Shown in pieces: positions 37,793-48,223 of a DNA stretch of 55,995 bases. The position numbers were made by a program, and so were the translations under genes. The notes under the pieces were generated by a model. It did not search any database. It worked only from the letters and a program-made list of their open reading frames with translations, and had not been told where the DNA came from. The stretch is from Pelomyxa schiedti (lineage: Eukaryota > Protista > Evosea), in contig JAHLWZ010000422.1 of the NCBI GenBank assembly GCA_020536535.1, forward strand, positions 1 through 55,995, written 5' to 3'. The number at the start of each line of letters is the position of its first letter. Position 1 is the stretch's first letter.

Positions 37793-40700
37793 TTAGGATA
37801 GATCAGTGATGCCTAGCTGCTGCAACAAATTTTTTTGTTGCTGAAGGAGGGACTCTGAAGGAGGTTAGTTGCAAGAGAATTAACATGACAAAGTACAACA
37901 AACCTGCAGTGTCGAAATCATCAGCCTGAGAAGCTTCCTCAATCATCTGTGCAAGTTTTCCCACTTGGGCTTGCAGCTGTACTTTCTCAGACTCACTGAG
38001 TTGTTTAGCAGGAACAGAGTTTCCATTGTTTTCCTTGGTGTCTAATTCAAAGTTGTTAACAGCCCATTATACTATTGTTATTGAGTAGCCCGATTTGGGC
38101 AATGGTAACCTTCGGATTTCGTGTTTGCGGGAACAGTCTGCTTTTGGTGACTAATGCACACAGAGTTGGGCTCCAAATGGTCAGGTTCGGTATCACTGGG
38201 AAATGGTAGGTTGTGCTTGTTGCACAGTAATCTCAATGTATCTCTCCTTTCGACTAGCTCCAATTGCATCGCCTCTGCTTCATTGAAGTCTTCAACAGCA
38301 ACAGAACTGCCAAGTTAGAACAGTTAACTAGGGTAATGCTATTTGCGTGTGGAAGTTATTTGTGATGAGAGAATCGGAATTTGGGACACCTGCCATGAAA
38401 TTAGTGCTTTCATGCTGATGACAAGTTGCCGAAGGTGTTCTACCAACTTTGTTTCTGTTTCAATGTGAGATTCAAAAAGGTAGTTAACTCAGCCACACCG
38501 GCATCGATTTTACACTGTTTGAGCTGGGTGGAGCATGAAGTACAACACTCCGACGCTGAGTCGAGGTCTGATGTTGCCTGTGCAAGGGTCTGCTCATGCA
38601 GTTTGATTTCCGAGGTGTGTTTTTGCTTCTGCTCATTTTTTATCTGGAAACTTTGGTTACTGGAATGCAGCAGAAAAGTTGTACCTTGATTTCATTGGCG
38701 CACGCTCCTGCCGTTTTGAAGTCTTTCGCTATAAAACAGTAAGGACTACGAGGAAGAGGGTTTATAAGCAGTACCCTGGGCAGCAGCCTTTTTCTTTGTC
38801 TCAAGGGAAGGGAGAGCTGTATCAATGGAAGAAATCGCAGCCTGGAGGGTTGAAACGGCCTCTCGAGATGATGCACAAAGAGCTGTCTGTTGCACCATAG
38901 ATTGCTCTGCCTTTGCGAGTTGTTCTTCAATACTTTTTTTTATTTGGTAAGGAAAGGGAGTTGAGGTGGCAAATATACCTAGCTGTGTTGACACGAAGGT
39001 CAGTCTCTACGTCGAAAATTTTGTGTTGAACACTGCGGATTTCCTGTATGAAAGTATCTCGCTTTTTGAGCAATTGTATTTTCTCCATTTCCTGATATAT
39101 TCGTTGGCAAAAAAGAAGCTCTGGAATGTGTTTTTCGACTTTATCGAGGATAGCATTCATGGATTCAATCTCAGCTTGAATGGTTGATTTGACTTGTTCG
39201 AGTTGTTGTATTTCTGCTTCAGATTTTTGCTTGAACTCGTTCAAATTTTCCTTGGGAATGTTGATGGAAGAGAATTTCCACAGTAAATCCAGGTAACCTT
39301 TTCTTCATTTAGCTGTGCCGCTGTGGCAGCAATTTGCTTTCGCTCAGAGGAGATTTTATCTAACTCCTTTTTGTGTCTTGCACTAACAACAGAAATTTTC
39401 TCATCTACAACTATTTAAAAAAGAGAAAAACGTAGTACCAAACACACCACACTCATGTATACTTTTCTCACACAAAGAAGCCTCCTCCTTTAAAAGAGAG
39501 ACTTGTTTCAGTAATTCCTCAATTTTCCCCTATTCAGCTGTTGATCAATCTTAGGCATGGTTGTTTAAATGGAAACCTACTTGTAGAAGAGATAACTTTT
39601 CTTCTTGAACTCTTTTTTCTTCAAAGTGATCAGCAGCCTGGTGGAATGGTGAGTGAGATCAATTCATATGCCAAAAGTACTTGAGTGTGGATAGCGCAAT
39701 TCAATTTGTCTTCTGTTTCTGAAAGAATTTTTAGATCTAGTTCCGCGTGCCTATGAATAACGTTACTGAAAATACAGAAAAAAATGTGACTAACCCACTG
39801 TCCCTTTGTATCTGTGTTGTTTTAGCTGTTATTGTGTCAAAGAGGACTGTTTGTTTTTTTTCGATTTGCTCCTCAATATCTAGCACCGTACTTCGCTTTT
39901 CCTCCTGCGGGAATTATTCACTGAAGTATATTAAATGGCTAACCAGTATAATTTTAAGTTGTTCTACAGTCTCTGTGGCCTCTTTCATTTCAAGCAGAGA
40001 AAGCTCACACCGAGTTTTATCAACTTCTGATTCAAAATTGTTTATCTCCGCTTGTTTCTCCTTCAAATGATAAATTGTTAGGCCTGAGTTTCGAACATTA
40101 TATTACATTTTACGTTATTTCTAACACTTTTGGGCTATACAGCAATTTGTTCATTTATCTGCGCAATTTGCTTGGTCAGCTGGTCTGCGGTAGTGTAATC
40201 TTCGCTAGCCGCTGCTTGCTGTTGCTGCTGCTGAAACTCATCCAAGTTATGGGAGAGCTTTGCAAATTAGAAGAGAAATGAAGTGTTTTGGTGAAAATAC
40301 CAGCTCGAGCGCGGACTTTGTTTCCCGCTGTGAAGTTATGAGGTCAGAAACTTTCTGCCGTAACACTTCAGCTTGATTATTAACGGTATCATTAGGTTCA
40401 CATGCAATCGTCTCCTTTCTTGAGGCTTCCACAGATAAGCCTGATAAAATATTCGGTAAAGTAGAGTCTTGTTCTACAGAGACATTCTCAGACACCTCCA
40501 CACTACTGCTGGGAAGGATTCGTGGACTTGAGGTGTCACTTTGAACATCAGCAATAGCAGGCTTAATTTCCACTGTGGGAGAGGGACTTGTTGTGGGCTC
40601 AGAGGTTGAAGGAATGGTGGCAGTACAGGAATTTGTTGCGGTTTCTTTGCTGGACACAACTATATGTTCTTCAGGGACAGGTGGCTGTTCTTGGATGGGT

Positions 40701-41488
40701 TGAGGTTTGGTTTCGGTACTTGGTTCTTCTGAATGAGCCACCCCAATGGTTAACTTTGCTTTCTTCTTTTTTATTGGCTTTTGAGGTTCTGGGGTATTGT
40801 CTACACCATATTGACTGGTAGTCTAGATGTCAAACATGTCAATAGTAACTCCAAAACGATTTGAAAAAAAAGACAGAAATGAAAACAGGAACAAAGAAAA
40901 AAATGTGAAGGTGAGCAGAACAGAATTCACGTTTTCTGTTTCCTGTGATGCCATGAAGGAGAATGCACTGCCCACATTGGCATCACCAACACTGACACTC
41001 TGATCACCACCAGTACTGCTGACATTGGGTTTTTCCAATTCCCCACTAGTGGTACCACCACCATTCCCAGAAAGGAAAGAGAACGCCGAGACGCCTCCTT
41101 CGCCGTCGCCTCTTCCCGCTGGCCCACCTCCTCCCATAATCCCGATTCCCGTCTGTCTGTTGTCCACCGCCTCCCTCGCGCCCCCCGCGGGGTCGTTCTC
41201 GTCGGGGGGCTCGGCCGCCAGCATCAGCCCGTCGAATATCCCCTCCTCCTTTTTCCCCTTCCTCCTGTCGTTGCTGCTACTGGCACTGTCGTTGGTCTTG
41301 GCCGCGTAGTTCGAAGTACTTACTTTCGACCCCACGGTCGATGACGTAGGTTGTGGTGGTGGTTGATGCTGCTTCTTGTTCTGGGGGGGTGTTTCATGGG
41401 TAGAATTACTGCTCGTCGTAGTCGTTGTGAGGGTTTCCTTACTTTGTGTTGGTGGATTGTTTGTTGTTTTCTTCTTGAACAGCCTCAT
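37793..41488 (-). CDS. Long coiled-coil protein with several UVR-like motifs and N-terminal tepsin-like AP-4-binding motifs
   Basis: Disordered N-terminus with GIFDGLML, SAFSFL and SAFSFM, then many heptad exons. UVR-like motifs: AAASEDYTTADQL, AKDFKTAG, VAVEDFNEAEAM, ASQADDFDTA. Stop at 37793-37795. Confidence 0.75.
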
Positions 41489-41799
41489 GATTGCGGGTGT
41501 AGCGGGTATCACCTTTTCTTTAATGTTTAATTTATGCTTTTTCGAAAGCCAAAAGAGATAGATGTGTGATTTTTCGGCGATTCAATCAGAGGCTGCGCCA
41601 AAGAGTGATGTTGCGGATGCTATCAGGGACTTCTGTTCTGGGAGTTATGATGAGGGTGCATAGGAGGGAGGATTGTGGTGGTGAGATTGTTGTGGTAATG
41701 AAGGGTTTGATGCTCCCACTGAACAGCGGCGGCATAAAGGTGGCAACAGTTTGGGCAGAACCGGGAACACTCATGGGATTGGCCACAGGCACTGGCACT

Positions 41800-42746
41800 C
41801 CCGGTGGCAAGTGCACTTCAACTTATTGATGCAAATGGCCTCAAATCCCCAGTTTCTGTAATTATCAGGATTGTTTTTAAAAAGAAAAGTCAGAAACTTA
41901 CCTGCCGAGCTCTTTTCTGGGGCAAGATGTCTTCGTGTGTGAAATGAGAGACACACTGGTAAATGCACAGCACAAAGCAACGCCGCATAATATTCGGGCG
42001 TACATCACAGTATCACTATCTGCAGCAAAAGGTGGGATTCTAGGAACCCTTTTCTTTGGGAGGTTTGAACTAAGGAGAAAAACAAACATGCACACTTGGT
42101 TTTTTAAAGTCCGGGTGTATACCTTTTCTAAATCTTTTTCCGTTTTTTCAGAACGGCTTGGTGGCCACTGACAAACCTGTTTTATGTAGGAATAGAGGCC
42201 ACCGCCAGGAATGAATTCAATAAGGAAGTAAAGATGCACTCCATCGTCAAATGTAAACCTAGAACTTAGTCTTGAAGGAAGGTGGATAAGGAAAATCAAC
42301 TGAATTTCTTGCACTTGTGGGACCCCCTGATCCTGGTCAGCTGATTGCACTTCATCTCGTGGTGAAGGTGGCAAAGGTGATCGTGCATTATCCTTCTTCT
42401 CAATGAGGGAGGAGGATGGTGGTGCTAACATTTCCTTGGTGCTGGTAGAATCAACAACGCGCGGTCCCATTATCTCCTCGTTTGGATCACTTTCATTGTT
42501 CACAACATGAATGCCAGAGAAGTTCCCAGAAACAATATGGGGCTGTAGTTCTACAACTTTTGAACCGGTATTTTCATCTTCACTCCCATCCACATCGCTC
42601 TCAGAATTTTCATTTTCTTGAGACTGCTTCTGCTGCCTCGCACTTCCTCCGCCACCACCAAGTCGCTGCATGAAACTGCACCACCAAGCAACAACTTCTT
42701 GTGCACATACACGCCACTCCTTGTGTCTAACAGTAAGCCATGGCAT
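41800..42746 (-). pseudogene. Chimeric/degenerate AGC (PKA-like) kinase remnant
   Basis: FTFDDGVHLYFLIEFIPGGGLYSYIK (subdomains IV-V) and PPFAADSDTVMYARILCG (IX-X) are present. I find no G-loop, HRD, DFG or APE. The segment is joined to unrelated low-complexity sequence. Confidence 0.55.
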
Positions 42747-42987
42747 AATGACATAGGCCTGTCGAAAGAATCACAAAGTTTGGGCTAAGAACAGAACGAA
42801 GATCTGCTGATGGTGCATAACTGAGAGTTGGTGGAGACCCTCTGCGTCAGACACCCTTTGGGGCATGAAATTTCGCGCACGGGGGTTGGCACGAAAGGAA
42901 CGATATGCTGATGCCAGATCGGGCCTGTGTCATTATGCCATGGCTTACTGTTAGACACAAGGAGTGGTGTGTACGTGCACAAGAAGT
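42694..42987. repeat. 66-bp inverted repeat (arms 42694-42759 and 42922-42987, 3 mismatches, 162-bp spacer)
   Basis: Left arm is acttcttgtgcacAtacacGccactccttgtgtctaacagtaagccatggcataatgacaTaggcc. The reverse complement of the right arm differs only at the three capitalised positions (G, A, C). Confidence 0.95.
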
Positions 42988-44569
42988 AGTTTTGGGTGAT
43001 TGACACTGTTCTGCCAGTAAGTCTGCGAGATCTTGGTTTTACTTTGGGATCTCCTTAAAAACCGGAGAGAGAAGTTGATGACGCAATGGCCATTTCATCA
43101 CCTCAGGGAGCCGTTTTTAGGTTTGGTATTCAGGAAAGGTGGCTACAACAGTGCTCAATTCGAAGCAGTACACTGTGGAGGGATTCTGTTTGTTGGACAA
43201 CAAACATAAGTTCACTGCCTCCTGAGGTATTTGTTTGTTGGGTCACAAAAAATAGGGCCAGATCCAAGCTCGAGAAATCAAATCTGCTCACCAAAGCAGC
43301 GATGTCGCGACCCGATGCACAAGGCCTTGAAAGAGGACGTCACGTAAAAGCAATTGAACCCGCTGAGTTATACCTGGTCAGTTTGCAGGCCAAGTAGGGT
43401 GGGAGCCTTGATGCCAAACTGGGAAGGACGGCTCGTCCTGTTACGGCAGGCAGCAACGGATCCTGTTGATTTCAGGATTCGTAGGATGGTGTGTGACTGG
43501 GAATAGGAGGCAGATAGCGTTTGGGGATCAGCGAGAGCCTCGCGGTTTTTTGATTGAAATTTCAGTTTTTAATCACTCATTCTCTTTTTTTGGGGTCATG
43601 TACTTGATGCTGTGGGTGGTGTTGGCATCGGCATCGGCATAAGCTACGTTGGCCAGCGGCGTGTGCTGGTGTAGGACTCGTGTATGCATTCGGCTCCCGT
43701 AGGCACTCCCTAAAAACGATGGCGGCTGTTTGTGTCAAGAGATGTTATGGGTGCGAGACATATCCCACAATGCACTTAGCACGGGGTTCTGGGAGAGGAA
43801 TGCAGATTTTATCGGCCAGCGGATTCCTATTATGAGTTACTCCACATCGCAGTCTTTGATTGTCTTTGTCATGGTTGGCTGACTTCAATTGATGTACTTG
43901 CAAACTCCCTTGTTTTTTGGCCTTTCCTAAAGAAAAAAATTTTTTTATTCAAAAAGAGTCCAGTCTCTGAATAGACTTCACTAAAATCACAGATATGTAA
44001 AGATGTAAACCCCCTGTTATACTTGGCTGTTATTCTTATACTTGTAGTGCTTTGCACTGGGCATTCTCTGGGAGCTACAATTTCTGGATTTACAGCACAT
44101 CTCTGGAACATCTTACTGAGATATGGGAATACGATGTTGGATTGTACAAAATACCTGTACCTCTTCACCCCAAAATACCATACCATAATGCCCCCCATTC
44201 ATTCCTCGCCAATAACATAAGGTGTATGACCTAACTGGAGAAGACCCAACCTATGCCGACCCAATACCACCACTGCAGTGGTCTCCTGATGACCACACGG
44301 TATATACGGATGTGCGACTGCTGTGGCCCCTGCAAGACTTAAATATGAATGTGAACTTAGTTCTAACTCGAGTTCTCATCGTTGAGCAGGGAAAATAAAT
44401 TAATATTAAATATTAATTAAATTATCTTCCAGGCACCCAGGGTGCAACACGCGATTATGGGATAGATGACCCCAGTAGCAACAACAATAACAGCAGCAAT
44501 ATATTCAAACACAACAAGTTTAGACCACGCAACTGGAAGTTGTGCACAACATCAACTTGGCGGCCAATA

Positions 44570-46480
44570 GCGCGACTTTGCGGACTCAACAATGTACTCG
44601 CTCATTCAAATGCAACTTGCAATGCTGCTGCAGCCTCAATTGACACCCTTGTTTGAAAGTTCTTATTCTGCCACTGGTGTATCATTGGATACAATGAAAT
44701 ATGGAAAAAAACAAAGTAAGTGCTCATCTTTATTCACATGGAATTATGGGGAGAGTGGTTTGTTTTGCATATTTACTCTTGAATAAAGCCCACCTGTGTC
44801 ACGCAGAAATTCACAGGCACTTAGAGCTCATTCTGAAATTTAGTGAAACCTTGTCTTGATCAAAACTATCACTACCTACCACCAAAGGTTACATTATGCT
44901 GAGCAAGCCCAACACAGAATTTGTTCAGAGGTTGAAGTGATCTAAAGCCTGAGACCCTCACCCTTTTGGCAGGTGGTTGGTTAAGTTCTTCAATATGGAA
45001 CAGGCCTATCTTTATGAAGTCCACAAGCCTCAAAGTTTATTGGCACTCCAGACACAGTTTGACTTGCAAAACAAAGGATCAATCTCATTTCTTGGCAGAG
45101 ATCCTGCAACTGAGTTGCAGATATTTTTTTGGTTACTCAGACCAAAGCCATTTCAAATGCGACTTCACAAAGAATTTGATCATGAGTTTGGTGACAAAGT
45201 TTTTATACCATTTGTTCTAAATTTTCTATAATTCCAAACAAAAAAGTATGGCACAAAGACAACCGCAAGTCTTTCTGCCCTAATTATCACTGATGGGGCA
45301 GTATCTGGAGTTATCCAGCTTGTAAATAAAATTTCTTACCAGAAAAATTCCATACTGTTCACAAGATGACTTTTGTTACAATGTGTTCTGCCATACATAG
45401 GTTTCCCTTTTTCCCCCCTTCCTTTATGTCTTACACTGTGAAAGCGTCCATTATTCGTCATTCTCAAATACTGTCATCCAGAAATATACTACTAACTGCA
45501 AATCGTACAATTTCGTAGGAATTGGAGCTACCTCATCTCTATTGGACTGTTACGGCCAATGCCCACCTTAATTTCTTGGTTTCACATTCAATTGAAGGTC
45601 TTTTGCACTCACAGCACCTCTTTTTCCTAAAATACTTTTAGGCGAATTCATTCACCTACTGGGTGCACAGGCATCAACACTATTTAATCCTCTGGTTGAC
45701 AAACCAAAATCCGTGGAAACCGTAGTAAATGGCGGACCAATTTTCAACTCCAAGTCAACGATAGGTCTCTTTGTGCTCCTTACTTAATCCACTGATTTTC
45801 TCTGAGTCATTCAAGTAGTTAATAAAATGGGATGTTTCACAGATGAAGATGTATTCCTCCTGCAATTGTTTGCATCTCAGGTATGAAAAGTGTTTTATCA
45901 TGCACCAACTGCAAGGGATTCTAGATCTATTAGGCTGTTGGCAATGCTACAACGTTCATTGCTACTTTGAGAAGATTCCAGGCAGTCATGTCGACTCAGC
46001 ACAAGTTCCAAGCATCTTGATGGAGAAAATCTAATTAAATGATCTCTCAAACGAACTCTTGTCGATTCTGAAAGGAGCTCCGTTTTTCTTATTAATTCAA
46101 TTGCTGAGCTGCAGGCATTTCACTGGCTGTTCCTTTTGTTATTCTTATTACAAGGAACAGGTTTTATTCCTACGGCAGATTGGATACTATGACTTTGTTT
46201 ACGCTTCATGTCTTAACCATTCTGTGAGAACACCCCTACATACAAATGTTCTTTTTACAATGCCTGATTTGACGATGCCTGACGTTCACTGCATCGCCTT
46301 CTTGCTTGATCTTCAAACGACTCAAGGCATTACTTACAGGATTCAACTCTCGCTGATCTATATGTACCACCGTGCAGGTACATTCCCGCAATGCTAATAA
46401 TGGCCAACTCCATTTTCCTTCTCTCAATTGCAGTTTCATCGGCAATCAGAGTAAAGTGCCTGCCCAAAAGCCTCAAATTG
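44570..46480 (+). pseudogene. Decayed GAF-domain protein, probably a GAF-type cyclic nucleotide phosphodiesterase
   Basis: GAF remnants: GAVSGVIQLVNK, LLTANRTIS*ELELPHLL (in-frame TAG at 45516-45518) and VVNKMGCFTDEDVFLLQLFASQ. A later PDE-like DSTLADLY fragment is a weak match. Many stops and frameshifts. Confidence 0.6.
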
Positions 46481-46534
46481 ACATGCCGGGTAGTGGACTG
46501 TGTTTCTGCACCTTTGCAACTGAGCTTTAATAAG

Positions 46535-47245
46535 CAGGAGACTCAATGATAAACAGCTTGTTCCAGTCTGGATGAGCCAATACAGGCGAATTCATCAACC
46601 TCCGCTTCTGTTCTGCAAATGGGTGCTCTTGTGCAAGCCCCACTACCCAAGGTTGATGTTTGCAGCCCATATCAAATACTCAAGCACACTCTCAGCAAAT
46701 CCTGTGGTATGAAGCGCCTCTGATAAGCCACCAGTAAAAGCTTAGAAAACTTCTCACTTCCGTTACAGTTAATGTCTGCAACTTTCACGTTATCTGGCTG
46801 AATGCCCTAGGTACTACGTTGGTTGTTGCCATCTGACGTTCCGTAAGGTTCACTTGGCTGCCCAGCTTGTGCAAGTAACCCATCAAGCACTTTGCTAACT
46901 CGATTGCGCTACTCTGACAGTGGTCCCTTGGTGAAAAATGATAACAACAATGCTTGGCTCAGGTTGAATTCCTTGTAACACACAAAAGAATTTCCCAGGC
47001 CAACAGTCATCATGCACCTTGAACTGATAGGATGGATCCCCTTGTTGTACGAAATGCCCGTTTTGAGGTGGAATCTTTCTTACCAAAACAACAGGTGCAT
47101 ACGGCGCCGGGAAATACACGGTTCAATGATGATGTCAGCCTGTTTTGAACCTCCTTGCCAGGAATATCATGTTCCACCCTTAACGAACCGAACCGCACAC
47201 TGCCTGCATCACCACTGTTGATTTCATTTCATGTTCGGTATGCAG
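46535..47245 (-). mobile_element. Degenerate Ty3/gypsy LTR-retrotransposon pol relic (start of RT to RT-RNase H connection)
   Basis: Across shifting frames: EINSGDAGSVR..KEVQNRL, DIIIEPCIS / PYAPVVLVRK, GIQPDNVKVADI, TVTEVRSFL, YQRRFIP / GFAE and KRRLMNSPVLAHPDWNKLFIIE. The RT core (YxDD) is missing and I see no LTRs. Confidence 0.8.
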
Positions 47246-48223
47246 TTCTTCGTGTTGTTTTGCCCATCACTAATAACTTGCAGAGGCACGATCCGCACAG
47301 CAAACAGTTGCAATCCCATTTGCAGTTGCATTCTACGCCGGAAAGAATGTGCTTCCCGAATTCTGTTCTAAAAATACAACTGCTCGACTAGCCGTTACGC
47401 CTTCGGAATGCGATGGTGGGTAGGTTTTAAAAAACTTTAAAAGAGAAAAAAAAAAAAAAACACAACTGGCGGTTCCGGTTTCGCAACACGACAGTCAGCT
47501 ACAAACGGTGCCGCACGCGAGCGATTCCAAATTAGTCGTGAGTGCGGCGTTGGGCGAGGCGGCTCTCGGTGCGGGGTCGAGACAGGGCGGTGCGGCAGCT
47601 TCAGGGGCGGCGTCGTCGGTGCGGTGCGGNNNNNNNNNNNNNNNNNNNNNNNNNNNNNNNNNNNNNNNNNNNNNNNNNNNNNNNNNNNNNNNNNNNNNNN
47701 NNNNNNNNNNNNNNNNNNNNNNNNNNNNNAAGAGGTGTGTTGGCACACATCACCTTTGCACAACTGCAAGTTCTCCACACGCCAATTACCTTCCTGCCTC
47801 ACACCTTGTTGACTTGCTTGGGTCTCTCGAGGAGGGAGATGCATAAGTGGAGTAGCTAACTGAGCAGTTGTGTTGCTGTGGAACACAGAGTAATATTTTG
47901 CAAGTGTTTACTATGGTGTTTTCTCATGTGGTATTTGGGGCCTTTTGTTTTTGCAGAAAGAGTAGATGCGGCTGATTACAATAATATGTTGCCAACAGTG
48001 TCATCTTTGTTGTAATAACTTGAATAAGATGTGTGGGGTTTTTTTGGTGTTATGATTGAGCAGCATTGTTGAGTGGGTGTTGGACAGAGACAATAAGGGA
48101 AGTACACTTATATGTTCCGTGGTGCGGAACAACCAGTGGGGATTGGTTTCGATTTCGCGTTCCTGCGAAAAACAACTTGCTTGTGACTCTGCATCAATTG
48201 TTTTTCGCTGAAGAAGACTGGCC

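Noticed and set aside
47430-48220. GC-rich fragment and short ORFs around the gap at 47630-47729
   Set aside because: It is broken by the gap and has no recognisable motif.
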